Assembly: GCF_006345805.1 (NCBI RefSeq)
Contig: NC_043002.1
Location: 26,784,001 to 26,848,000, forward strand
Direction: 5' to 3'
Length of the DNA stretch: 64,000 bases
Source of the DNA: Octopus sinensis
Lineage: Eukaryota
The notes below the pieces were generated by a model. That model made no database searches, was not told the DNA's origin, and worked only from the letters and a program-made list of their open reading frames with translations. Of this stretch, positions 1-12,586 are shown piece by piece. The translations under genes and the position numbers were made by a program. Each line of letters begins with the position of its first letter. Position 1 is the first letter of the stretch.

Positions 1-13
1 AAATATATTTTGT

Positions 14-406
14 AACTATCAGTATCGCCCGGAATTGCTCGGGTTTGTTTCGACCCTTTAGAATTGGAATTTTTGAAAAGTAAAAATTTTGCATTATGTA
101 GCCTGTTATTCTCTTTAAGTGAACCTTTTTCTGGTTGAAATACACCGAAAAATGGTGACACGGCAGTAAAAAAATCGTAAAAAATAGGGATTTTCATAGA
201 ATAAAAAAGTACCTTTTTGATGTAAATAATTTTTGGTCTTAACATGGTCCGATTTGAATTTTATCTTCTACGCAATGAAGAGCAAGCCTTCTATCATACT
301 CTCAATTTTGGTCAACTTGCGCCGCAGGGTCTCGGAGGAGATCATGTTAGTTGAAGGCTACCAAACCTGTCACACACAAACAACTTCAGCTTTATATATA
401 TAGATT
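14..406 (+). mobile_element. Helentron-associated non-autonomous element (HINE-like)
   Basis: 5' AACTATCAGTATC followed by CCCG-N8-CGGG hairpin (28-43); imperfect subterminal inverted copy GATCATGTTAGTT (340-352); 3' end CACACACAAACAACTTCAGCTTTATATATATAGATT resembles HINE termini. No ORF. Confidence 0.45.
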
Positions 407-960
407 AGTGACCAGCTCGCTCGAATTTTCTTCGGAAACTAAGATTAAAGCATGATATGTAAAATTTTCATTTGTTCACAGTTTCCAAGATGTAGTTCAC
501 GTGAAACAGTAGCTATGTTTGTGTCAATTTTGACACACTGAAAGCAATCATTTTGGAACGTAGAAGATTGTTGTGACCATTTTGCTTTGCCTTTTATTAA
601 TCCACCCGCAGAAACAATTCGGTGATTTGACTGTTATATTAGATCGATCTCAACTTAATTATATTTCTTTGAAATTTAGATCAGGAACTGGAATAGAAGA
701 GTATTTGCAAATTTTGTTTAGAAATGATGCAATATCATGTGAGCATGCATTCAACGACCCAGCGAGGAATCTACCAATATATAATTATATCAAGTGCAGT
801 GTTTTCGCCCCATGTGGCCGTCTGTAATGTCAAGAATAAGGAAGGCATATTGGATTGTAGTCACAGTCATTACTGAAGTGAATTAAAGCTGGTTGAATGA
901 ATACAGAACAGTTTTCTTTCATTTTATAAGAATCTCCATTTCTCTTTTAAAAGTGTATAT

Positions 961-1257
961 GCATTCCACTCACACGCAAGCTCGCACGCACGCACACGCT
1001 CACGCGCGCAGGCGCTTATGCGCACACACATGCACTCACAATAAAAACACACGCACACACACACGCGCATAAACATATATAAATATAAGCATAAATATTG
1101 AGAAACCGCCCCAATAGTAAATAGGAAATATACATAATAGATATCATAACTCCATATCCAATTTGCACAGGTAGAGTAGAATAGTTAGTGGGCTGATATG
1201 TAGATAGATGTATGTATGTGTGTGTGTGTGTGTGTGTGTGAGTGTATGTATATATAT

Positions 1258-1292
<35 letters not shown>

Positions 1293-1675
1293 ATGCACAT
1301 GTATGTAAGCATATAGAAATAAAAGTAAACAGATCAAGATGCAGACGGATAGGAACAAAGGTTATATGAACAGACAAGCACATATACGCACACATACGCA
1401 CATATACGCAAATGAAGACTGAAACACATGACCATATATACACACACACACTGTATTTCACACAAGGACATATATGGAGATACACATCCATACACACAAA
1501 CACAGTACATAGTTGCAAATCACACACACAAACACACACACTCAGACATGCACACACAAGGAGACAGAGGTACACACACATACATAAAAACACACAAACA
1601 ACATGTATATTCAGAATACATACATACAAATGTACACACATACATACATAAATACATACATAGGTACATGCATGT
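961..1675. repeat. compound (CA)n/(TG)n/(TA)n microsatellite field
   Basis: Dinucleotide runs throughout; source of the HTHT/CVCV ORFs. Confidence 0.9.
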
Positions 1676-2615
1676 ATAGGTTGATGAGGTGGCTGCTGAA
1701 TTCTTTCAGATTTTCATGTGATTTTGTCCAAATTAGGAAACAATTATCTAGGTATCTTTTCCATGTGACCTCTACATGTCTTCTAAAGGCCATGCCGTAG
1801 TTTTCTTCAACTTCTTGATATAGGCTCTGTTCCAAGTGTCCCAATACTGAGTTCGCGAAAACTGGAGCAAATCGCCTTCCCAATAGCTGTGCCTCGAATT
1901 AGGAGGTAGTTTTTTTTTTTCTGTTGAAAAGGAATGTATTGTTTTCGAGGATGAGGCTGACCGCGTCTAGTATGAAGATTACAGTAAATCTACTCGGGAT
2001 CACTTCTCTATGTTTCTCGACCCAATACTTCATGGCAATAAGCCCAAAATCATGTGGTATGTTTGTATATAAGTTTGTTACATCAAAATTAACAGTGAAT
2101 TGGATTCTGATGTATTGGGCAGACGTGACAGGAAACCGATGTCATCCCGAAAGATGCTGGATATGTGATTACATAGTGATTTTAGGATAATTTCAATGCG
2201 GTTCTCCAGACGATCTGTAGAACAGGCTGGACCAGCTATAATGGGTCTTAGATTGTAGTAGATTTATGTATTCATTAACTTGTTCCTTTATAGCATTTTG
2301 TATTTCTTTTGATTTGTGTATTTTAGGTAAGACATACAAGTTGCTAGATTTCGACTCAAAATTGATAATATAGGCTCTTTCATTAGGTATGGTGGTGTTA
2401 TAGTATTTTAAGACTAAATAATTGAGTTTTGTTTATGAGGCGGTGGTTAATATTTGAGGGTATTTTACGGTAGAATGTTGTATCCTTCAAATGAAATTCT
2501 GCTAAATGCCGGTAATATTCCGCATCTTTTATAACAATGGCACCCCACTTTTCCGCTTGTTTGATGACAATTGTATTGTCATTTTAAGATGTGAAAACCC
2601 AATCACTTTGTAACT
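1675..2615 (-). mobile_element. Penelope-like element (PLE) reverse transcriptase relic, disrupted
   Basis: Minus-strand translation gives NDNTIVIKQAEK, LYVLPKIHK, FDVTNLYTNIP, FAPVFAN and WKRYLDNCFLIW, all PLE RT motifs; interrupted by stops and frameshifts. Confidence 0.8.
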
Positions 2616-2645
2616 TATATATATCAGTTGGATAAAGTTACAATA

Positions 2646-2681
<36 letters not shown>

Positions 2682-2979
2682 TGTATGTATGTATGTATGT
2701 ATGTATGTATGCACGTATGTATAATTTTTATAATAAAGGGTAAAATGATTAATGATTTTACAAAGGGGCCAGCGCGGAAATAAAAACCTTATATGTACAT
2801 TTTGCATATATTTTGATAATTATATAAATAATTATAACAAGAGATTGGCTATAAGCCCCTCCAAGCGCCAAAAGTTTAATTCATCTTTCTTTTGCCCGAC
2901 TATAGCGTGTGTTTTAGTTTTCGGAGGCGTCTATTTTTTGCTTATATCCAATACCTTGTTATAATCATGTATATATATA

Positions 2980-3045
<66 letters not shown>

Positions 3046-3193
3046 TATGCATTAGTACATGTATTTATATGTCTATGTATATGATTGTGCATGTCCGTGC
3101 GTATACATAAGTATATATATATATATATGTAAATACTTATATGCATATATATATATATATATGTGTGTGTGAGTGTGTGTGTATGTATTTTTA

Positions 3194-3232
<39 letters not shown>

Positions 3233-3327
3233 CACAATAGGGAAACGAAAAATGGAATTCACGAGAATCTCTAGTCATCACATGGTGGGTTTATACCCAA
3301 AGTTTAAATAATTACTTTATACATACG

Positions 3328-3361
<34 letters not shown>

Positions 3362-3457
3362 TATATATACAATTATATGCATACTTATGGTAGCACTCCT
3401 ACCCATGCACACTCACAAACACACAGACATTTACCCGTATGTACTCCCGTCTCGACA

Positions 3458-3517
3458 GAACACCTGCTCTTGCTCCGAGAACACCTGCACTTGCTCCGAG
3501 GACACCTGCACTTGCTC
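3458..3517. repeat. 21-bp minisatellite, ~3 units
   Basis: GAACACCTGCTCTTGCTCCGA / GAACACCTGCACTTGCTCCGA / GGACACCTGCACTTGCTC, directly adjacent. Confidence 0.9.
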
Positions 3518-4150
3518 ACTTCCAATAAACATGTTTTGTCGGAGTTGTATTAAAACTGGATCACTTTGAATAACAATGATACTTAAGAAGGCAGACACAG
3601 TGCTGTTCCTGCTAGCCTATTCTGACTGTGAAAATTAATCATATTAGTTGCACCATAGTGTTTTGTCTCTCCACGGGTGAGAAAGTGAAATCGGAGAATG
3701 TTAGCCAAACTTCTGTTCATTGAGACATTAAAAGCTTACTATGAACTCGGTCGAAAAATCTCTTCCTGTGTCTGATGCTCTATTTTCTCAATCTATTTGT
3801 TCTCCTCTTCGATACTTAATTTTTGTTACAAATTTTATATTCAAGGATTATAGTTCATCTCCTGATATATAAGTCTCAACAAATTTTCTTCTGCCAAGGC
3901 ATTTTATGCATGCTACTTTGAAACACCGTCACGTAACGTCAACTGTTCAACATTGACAGCCCTCTTCTATCAACGGAACATTCATTAGCACAAATGCATA
4001 AGCACATCCATAGTCGTTCTTCTCTTCAATTGTCTGCCCTTGTTCCCCTTCCTACTACAATCGTGTGCACTGTCATCATTTTTCAGCTGTCGTCATCTCT
4101 TCAGTCATCTCCATCAACGACTATCATATACGACTCTCCCCTTTCAGATA

Positions 4151-4380
4151 CTCTCTTTACTCTTTTACTTGTTTCAGTCATTTAACTGTGGCCATGCTGG
4201 AGCACCGTCTTTAGTCGAGCAAATCGACCCCAACTTATCTTTTGGAAGCCTAGTACTAACTGTATCGGACTCTTTTGCAGAACCGCTAAGTTACGAGGAC
4301 GTAAACACACCAGCATCGGTTGACAAGCGATGTTGGGGGGGGGGACAAACACAGACACACAAATACACACACACACACAG

Positions 4381-4456
<76 letters not shown>

Positions 4457-4613
4457 GAGGGACTCCTTTCAGTTTCCGTCTACCAAATCTACTCACAAGG
4501 TTTTGGTCTGCCCGAGTCTATAGTAGAAGGCACCTGCCGAAGGTGCCACGCAGTGGGAGTGAATCCGGAATCATGTGGTTGGTAAGCAAGCTACTTACCA
4601 CCCAGCCACTCCG
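4151..4613 (-). mobile_element. tRNA-derived SINE family A, full length
   Basis: Sense head GGAGTGGCTGGGTGGTAAG...TTCCGGATTCACTCCC (A/B-box-like), internal (TA)n(TG)n, tail GGTGCTCCAGCATGGCC...GAAACAAGTAAAAGAG; homologous to 9469, 26778 and 48675. Confidence 0.9.
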
Positions 4614-5194
4614 TTCTTGATTTCTATAAATTAATGCTTTTATAACCTATTTTGATCGTTTTCGATTTAAGGCTAATTTCACATTTGATAACTTGATATT
4701 CCCCTTTCTTGTTTGGACTTTTAACAACTAACGGTATTGATTTGAGGTCACCGCCATCTGGCATGAAGTCACTTCTAGTAACAGACACAGACACACTTAC
4801 ATACACATGTACATATATATATATATAATATATATATATATACGAGGGACTCCTTTCAGTTTCCGTCTACCAAATCTACTCACAAGGTTTTGGTCTGCCC
4901 GAGTCTATAGTAGAAGGCACCTGCCGAAGGTGCCACGCAGTGGGAGTGAATCCGGAATCATGTGGTTGGTAAGCAAGCTACTTACCACCCAGCCACTCCG
5001 TTCTTGATTTCTATAAATTAATGCTTTTATAACCTATTTTGATCGTTTTCGATTTAAGGCTAATTTCACATTTGATAACTTGATATTCCCCTTTCTTGTT
5101 TGGACTTTTAACAACTAACGGTATTGATTTGAGGTCACCGCCATCTGGCATGAAGTCACTTCTAGTAACAGACACAGACACACTTACATACACA

Positions 5195-5199
<5 letters not shown>
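4456..5199. repeat. 387-bp-period tandem duplication (SINE head plus flank), bounded by (TA)n
   Basis: 4456-4812 recurs at 4843-5199; ORFs 4624-4806 and 5011-5193 are identical. Confidence 0.92.
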
Positions 5200-5225
<26 letters not shown>

Positions 5226-5243
5226 CTATATATATATATATAT

Positions 5244-5281
<38 letters not shown>

Positions 5282-5774
5282 GTATATAATAATAAAAATG
5301 TGTGTGTCTGTGTATCTGCCTATAGGAAGAAAAACTATTCTTGTGTAAACCTTCACGCCGAAGACAATGAAAACGGTACCGAATCTCTAGCGGCCCTCCG
5401 AAGGGAACTACTGACACTCTTCCAAACATTTACAAAACCACACTACAAAAATAAACGAAGGTTCTAAAGGATATATAATTTTTTATAGGATTAAAATATG
5501 CCACTTCCAAATTAACAATAAATATATGAAAGGTCTAAGGGTATTAAATTTTAGAGGATTTAGAAATTAAAAATAAATGACCAGTCTAGGGAACATAATT
5601 GTTATAGGATTATTATATTTCTTCATTTTATTTCAAAATACGGTGGGGCAGTCTTCTGTAGTTATGCCATATGTGTAACATAAACCGACAAATAATAACA
5701 CGTGTGTATGTGTGTGGGATGTATAACTGTAATAAGCTGCATTACTTCATATTCCTATGTGGAACATGTGGAAA

Positions 5775-6133
5775 CACTCCGTCGGTTACGACGACGAGGG
5801 TTCCGGTTGATCCGATCAACGGAACAGCCTGCTCGTGAAGTTAACGTGTAAGTGGCTGAGCACTCCACAGACACGTGTACCCTTAACATAGTTCTCGGAT
5901 ATTCAGCGTGACACAGAGAGTGACAAGGCCGGCCCTTTGAAATACAGGTACAACAGAAACAGGAAGTAAGAGTGAGAGAAAGTTGTGGTGAAAGAGTACA
6001 GCAAGGATCACCACCATCCCCTGCCGGAGCCTCGTGGAGCTTTTAGGTGTTTTCGCTCAATAAACACTCGCAGCGCCCGGTCTGGGAATCGAAACCGCGA
6101 TCCTACGACCGCGAATCCGCTGCCCTAACCACT
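5775..6133 (-). mobile_element. tRNA-derived SINE family C
   Basis: Sense head AGTGGTTAGGGCAGCGGATTCGCGGTCGTAGGATCGCGGTTTCGATTCCC; body homologous to 41900-42165. Confidence 0.8.
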
Positions 6134-6352
6134 TACTTCCTATAAGTAATACTTAAATAACTATTATTTTACATTCGTTATATATTTATATCTGTAGAAG
6201 ATCAGTTTTTCTTTTTTGTGCTGCCTACCTTTATAATAGAAACCGTAGACGGTTACTTTTGCTTTATTCCCTGCCTACAGTCAGAATAGAAACCGTAACT
6301 TAGATTTCATTCCAACATTTTTGCTTTGTTTCACAAATTGCACATCAGAATT

Positions 6353-6353
<1 letters not shown>

Positions 6354-6406
<53 letters not shown>

Positions 6407-9265
6407 TGTGTACAGTGCTCAGGTGCACTACAACTCATCTAAAGTGTATATATAATCAGGTGTAGTTTCGGCGGATTTCGGAAAGCATGAGGGCCTTAAA
6501 CGATGCAGTGTCATTGCAGTCAACAACTGACGCAGGCAGTTTGTTCCATGCTTCAGCAACTCTGAGCGTGAAAAAATGTTTCCGAAAGTCATGGGAGCTG
6601 TGTTGTTTTCTGACTTTGTAGGCATGTCCACGTGTGTTAGACACATGGCGATCAAAAAGGTGTTCAGTGTTGTTGTTGGTGAGGTGGTTGATAACTTTGT
6701 CGGTGTCTACCAAGTCCGTCGCCAGACGCTGGAGCTTCAGTGAATCCATGCCCAGTGAAACAAGGCGCTCAGAATATGGTAGGTGTCTGATGGAGGGTAT
6801 GCGTTTGGTTGCACGTCTCTGGACAGATTCCAGGAGGTCAATGTTCTGAGCAAGATAGGGGTTCCAAACTGATGATGCGAATTCCAAGTGTGGTCGTACC
6901 ATAGCTGTATACAGTTTTAAATAGATGGCTGGAGAGCGGCTAACAAAAGTCTTGTTGAGTGATGCCAAGGCACCCTCGGCCTTCTTGACAATTTTAGAGA
7001 TATGCTTTGTCCAGCGCAAATCACTGCTGACAGTGATGCCTAGGTCACGCTCGCAAGAGGATTTCTTGATATCAGTGTTGTGGAGGGAGTATGTGGACGC
7101 AGGGTTTTTTCTCCCAAAATGCATGGTGGTACACTTGTCCACAGCCAGTTTCAGTTGCCAGTCTGTGATCCATTGCTGCATTGTGTCTAGGTCTGATTGC
7201 AGGAAAGAGTTGTAGACATCAGGATCTGTCCTCTTGATTTCAAGGTACAGCTTGATGTCGTCTGCATATTTCAATACTGTGGCATTCTTTAAATTGGCAT
7301 CTATGTCATTAATGTATGCCACAAACAAGAGGGGACCAAGGAAAGATCCCTATGGTACACCCGATGACATCTCATATGGTGTAGAATGCCGTCCTAGAAC
7401 TGTGACTACCTCCTTTCGGCTGAGTATGAAGGATTTCAACCAGTTAAAAAGGTCATCCCTCACACCCATTGCAGAGAGTTTCACCATAAGCCTTTTGTGT
7501 GGCACAGAGTTGAAAGCCTTAGCAAAGTCAAGGTACACAACATCCACCCATGAGCCACTGTCAGTGATCTGAGTAATGTCCTCAAGGAACTCGACAAGCA
7601 GATCACTGCAGCTGGAGTTAGGGACAAATCCATATTGTGAGGGTCGGATGAGACTGTGAGAGCTCCAGAAGTTCCAGAGTGTTTCTCTGACACACGATTC
7701 CATCAGTTTTGCAATACAGCTAGTGAGACTGACTGGGCGATAGTTGACAGGTGAGGTGCGGTCGCCCTTTTTGAACAGAGGAATGACACTGGCAGTTTTC
7801 CACTGCTCCGGAATAGCACCATTGTTGAGACAGTACTGGAAGAAAATAGAAAGCTGGTGTAAAAGGAAGTACCTGCCACGTTTGAGAAGCGGGTATGTAA
7901 CTCCATCGAGACCAGGGGAGGCATAGTTGCGCTTATTTTGAAGGTGACGTCGCAGCATTGCAGGTGTAAATTCCATAGTTGTTAGTGATAGTGAAGATGG
8001 TACATTTTGACTTTCAACAGTGAATGTTTGCATAGCACTCGGCAATGAGTTCTGCGCATTCCTTGGGGTCGTCAGTGATCTGGTTTGTGTGAGGGTTGCG
8101 AAGAGGGCCCACTGGAGAGTGAAGTCTCTGCTTTGAATGCACATATTTCCAGAAAACCTTGCTGTCAGGATTGGCTGCTATGCACTGTTCAAATTCAAGC
8201 ACTGCTTTTTTTGTCACTTGCTTGAGATGGTTGGAAGATTTATTCTGCTTCTTCCTGTTGGTGTCTGATTTATGCAACTTGTATTCCCGTTCAGCAGTCC
8301 GACGTTCCTTCCTGGCAAGTCGGACCGGTGAAGTTTCCCAAATTGCCCTTTTGGGGCGGTTCTTCTTTTTCTGTTTACGTGACACTGATGCTGCACATGC
8401 TGCCCATATTGAGTCCAGGATACTCTGGAGTATAGTATTCACATCTCCAGAGTTGTAGAATTCACGCCAGTTTGGGTGCTGTAGTTCAGTGTGGTACAGG
8501 TTCCAATCTGCTCTCTTCCAATCGAAGGAAGCAGATTGGAGATGGTTCAGGTTTTTGTTGCCCGCAAGAGCCAGATTGGCGATGATCATAGCATCTAGGT
8601 GATCAGAGTCACCTAGAGGTTCCTCCGTAGTGCAATTGATAACCGCTTCAGGAGTTGTGGTGAAGAGCAGGTCCAAGGTGTTGTCGCCTCTTGTTGGAGA
8701 GGTGACAACTTGTGACCAGTTTGAGTCCAGTACAAGCTCAACAAAATCGTGTGCACTCTGTGGCCAGTGGAAGGTTTCCCAATTGATCTCAGGATGATTG
8801 AAATCGCCTGCAATAAAAACATAAGTGGCTGTTTTCCTGGCAGCAGCTCGGAGGATTTGCAAAGCTGTGTCCTGATGGTAATTGGGGGGACGATAAACAA
8901 CGCCAAGCAGGAGTGTTGACATGGTCATACGTACGTCACAGAAAAAAATTCTTCTTGTGATTCGTTCAAATTGGCACAAGGAATTACCGAAAAATTTGAA
9001 CGAACGTAGACCATCACACCACCACCACGGCGGTTAATGCGGTCCTTACGGAAGAGGTTGTACCCCGTAATGTTTAAAACCCCATCACAGAGTAAGGAAT
9101 GCGCCCATGTTTCCGTGACAGTGATGAAGTCAGGGTCAATACTTCTGACGTAGGCGTTGAACAAATGTATTTTGTTGCATAAACTGCGAGCATTTAAGGA
9201 CAACATTGTGTACCCTGCTCGCAGTTTATGATGGTGTGTAGAGGATGGCAGGTTGTTCTGAGGTC
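6354..9265 (-). mobile_element. CR1-clade LINE, 5'-truncated near the ORF2 start, with (TTA)n tail
   Basis: APE endonuclease plus RT ORF2; C-terminal TRGHAYK...FFTLRVAEAWNKLP is typical of CR1; 3' UTR followed by sense (TTA)n at 6354-6405. Confidence 0.95.
6456..9206 (-). pseudogene. LINE ORF2 (APE endonuclease + reverse transcriptase), two frameshifts and one premature stop
   Basis: Motifs LNARSL, VTETW, VYRPP, GDFNHP, LDLLFT, DSDH, YRPVSLTS, YLDFAKAF, SGVP*GS, YADD; frameshifts near 8945 and 8027, TAG at 7350-7352. Confidence 0.95.
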
Positions 9266-9468
9266 AGCTGTCATTTTCCTATCTCACTTCAGCATATTTA
9301 TACAATTTTTCATTTGAAAATACCCATTAACCTAAACATAGGAAGAATCAAGTTCGGTAGAGCCCTCTTTTGTAGTATGCCATATGTGTAATATAGCGAC
9401 ACACATAATAATATGTGTCATTGTGTGTGTGTGCGACCGCGCGCCCGTAACTGTAATAACCACTATTA

Positions 9469-9718
9469 CTCTCTTTTCTCTTTTACTCTTTTACTTGTTT
9501 CAGTCATTTGCTGCGGCCATGCTGGAGCACCGCCTTTATTCGAGCAAATCGACCGCGGGACCTATTCTTTGTAAGCCCAGTACTTATTCTATCGGTCCCT
9601 TTTGCCGAACCGCTAGGTGACGGGGACGTAAACACACCAGCATCGGTTGTCAAACAATGCTAGGGGGACAAACACAGACACACAAACATATACACACACA
9701 TACATACATATATATATA

Positions 9719-9759
<41 letters not shown>

Positions 9760-9916
9760 TACGACAGGCTTCTTTCAGTTTCCGTCTACCAAATCCACTC
9801 ACAAGGCATTGGTCGACCCGAGGCTATAGCAGAAGACACTTGCCCAAGGTGCCACGCAGTGGGACTGAACCCGGAACCATGTGGTTGGTAAACAAGCTAC
9901 TTACCACACAGCCACT
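9469..9916 (-). mobile_element. tRNA-derived SINE family A, full length
   Basis: Same head, internal microsatellite and tail as 4151-4613. Confidence 0.9.
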
Positions 9917-10236
9917 ACTTTATATTGCTAAAAGAAAAAGAGGAGCTGACGTTTAGGGTCGTCTGAGTATAAAATTATTTGACTCGACAATCGGAAGAGT
10001 CACTATGAATGTTTCTTTTTGAGGTTGCTTCTTCATGAAATAAGAGGCCCAACTTGTTATCCTTCCAAACAACGATTGCTAGTCAGACTGGTCGTACATA
10101 TACAGAGGACTGTTTAGCCTTAATTTTATTAGAAGATGACAATTTATTAGGGGATAGAACAATGGCTGAGGCGTTAGTGTAAGGCATACTTATTTCTTTG
10201 AAAGATCATTTTGCAATTCTTCTCCAGAATTATGAA

Positions 10237-10352
10237 ATCCATTAGCGTTATGACACAAATATAAGAATGATTTATCAGATGACTTAAATGAAGACTGAGA
10301 TCCATTAGCATTATGTCACGAATATAAGAATGATTTATCTGATGCACTTAAA
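10237..10352. repeat. 63-bp tandem duplication, diverged
   Basis: ATCCATTAGC(G/A)TTATG(A/T)CAC(A/G)AATATAAGAATGATTTATC at 10237 and 10300. Confidence 0.8.
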
Positions 10353-10895
10353 ACAGGACCGATTATCATACGGTCAGTTATATGTTGGAGTATCCAGAAT
10401 GGGGAGCAAGAACAAGCTTTTCATTTTTGGCCCTACTGGTAAAACACGAAGCATTGTCTATAACGAAGTTTTTACCATAGAATCCACAAATTAAAATTTA
10501 CAGAATGATTAATAACTTTGATTGGATATTGTCAAAGTCACAGTATATTCATCTACGAAAATCTATTTGTATTTTTGTCTCTTCAAGAAATTAGAGTACA
10601 TTTCTTTTAGTTTTCCCCGAACTTTTATTTACTAACCTTGTACTAGACGTAAGCCAAACTTTCGATGTCTGCTTCATTTATAGACTGAAATACTATAGAT
10701 CAAAGATCAGAAGTTTATATGAACCCATAATAGAATTGGCCAGAAGTGAACAGGTCTAACGCCTACAATGAGAGTTAACCGTTTCTTATATATGTTCAAT
10801 ACAATCTAACTGAATAACTTTCAATACACATAGTAAAATTTTAGCAGCTTCCTTTTTCAGTCCAGTCGATGACGGTGTTTCTGCTGGTATATATA

Positions 10896-10937
<42 letters not shown>

Positions 10938-11033
10938 CGGGAAGCTTTATGAAAATAGACAAAAGACGAAGGCAGGTGGAAAACAAACAACAATTGTATT
11001 AGTATGGCGCTCAGGAAATATAAATAAAACAAG

Positions 11034-11071
11034 TCTTTAACGTTTCGAGCCTCCGCTCTTCAACAGAAAGA
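11034..11071 (-). ncRNA. minimal type I hammerhead ribozyme-like motif, core variant CUGUUGA
   Basis: Sense UCUUU-CUGUUGA-A-GAGC(GGAG)GCUC-GAAA-CG-UU-AAAGA: 5-bp stem I, 4-bp stem II, palindromic ACGU stem III; A6 replaced by U. Confidence 0.6.
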
Positions 11072-11165
11072 TACACAGAGAGAAAAAAAAACACAGAAAG
11101 AAGGAGAGAAAAAAAATGCGTGCAGTAACTAACGAATCAACATATATATACATATATATATATAC

Positions 11166-11227
<62 letters not shown>

Positions 11228-11245
11228 CATATATATATACATACA

Positions 11246-11277
<32 letters not shown>

Positions 11278-11282
11278 CATAT

Positions 11283-11329
<47 letters not shown>

Positions 11330-11331
11330 CC

Positions 11332-12372
11332 TTAAATCCTTAAAAGTGTTTTAGCCCGAAGGCCGCGGCCATGCTGGAGCACCACCGCTGAATGAGCTAC
11401 ACTAATATGTGAATCCACCTCTGATACGTGGCACTCGATCAACAAGGGGGTTCGATGCTGCTGCTCGCATCTGCGTCTCCTGTCGTGAGGTAGGTTCATC
11501 TGGGACTCCCGACAAGAAGAGATCCAGTTTAGTTTTAAAGAAACCCACATCCACACCATGTAAGTCTCTTAGGCATTTAGGGAGGATGTTAAAGAGCTGT
11601 GGTCCTCTGAAACCCAAGCTGTTGCAGTATCTGGTCCTGTATTTTGATGGTGATGTTGAAATCTTTGGCACCATGCAGTGGCGCCCCGTTCTGCGGTTGG
11701 GGTAACTTTGAATGCCAAAGTTTGGGACAAGACCCTCCAGGATTTTCCAGATGTATATCACCGCATATCGTTCCCGCCTCCGCTCTATGGAGAAGAGGTT
11801 TGATACTTTCAGTCTTTCCAGTAGCTGATATTTTGCATTGAGACGATCTTCTTTGTGTAGCTTCTCTGAATTGCTTCGAGTTCTGTTGTTAGTTTTATAT
11901 TGTGTGGTGACCATAGTTAGGAGCAGTAGTCCAAGCGGCTGAGGACGAATGTTTTCCAGAGGACCATCAGTGTCTCCTTCTCTCTTGTTCTGAAAGTTCG
12001 GAGAATCCACCCAGCTAGCCGTCTGCATTTTATCACCAGATTAGTAAAATGCACTTGGAAAGATGCATCATTGCTCATGTCAATGCCTAGGCCACGCACT
12101 GATTTTGACTCAGGGATTGCAATTCTTCCTGGGCCAGTGTATCCAGTCTGCACGTCGTTTAACTTTGTGTGCCAGTAGCGCAGGGCCTGGAACTTACCTG
12201 CATTAAACTGCATGTTGTTGTCCTACGCCCATCTGTATATTTTATCCAACTCCTGTTGCAGATGCGCAATATTTTCAGGGTTTTGTATTGCGTGGGAGAC
12301 TTTTGTGTCATCTGCAAGGTTGGCCATCGTAGCAACTGAAGGCATGTCTGAAAGGGCCACTATGAACAGCAA
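11332..12372 (-). mobile_element. CR1/L2-group LINE 3' fragment (RT C-terminal half plus 3' UTR)
   Basis: Motifs LADDTKV, QFNAGKF, SRLDYCS, ERRRERY, GPQLFNILP, VPDEP...RAAASN; 3' UTR contains GGTGCTCCAGCATGGCCGC. Confidence 0.9.
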
Positions 12373-12544
12373 TATCCAGTATACATACATACAAATATAT
12401 ATAAATTATATTCACTGCGATATTTATTCTGACCATATCACACGAGGAGTGCGGGCAATTTAAGCTGGCTGTGTGCATACGTACATAAAAATGTATGTAT
12501 ATGCGTTCGTATATCGTACGTGTTTATATATATATATGTATTTA

Positions 12545-12586
<42 letters not shown>

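Noticed and set aside
573-827. 84-aa ORF with a possible acceptor at TTTAG
   Set aside because: No recognisable domain or supporting exon structure.
3458-3517. 21-bp repeats as a CRISPR-like array
   Set aside because: Units are adjacent with no spacers, there are no cas genes, and the context is eukaryotic.
4545-4613. tRNA-like sequences, here and at 6070-6133, 21180-21248, 33450-33545 and 61202-61300
   Set aside because: They are SINE heads joined to repeat bodies; no complete cloverleaf with acceptor stem was found.
6634-8458. Plus-strand ORFs overlapping the CR1 element
   Set aside because: Antisense shadows of ORF2 with no independent motifs.
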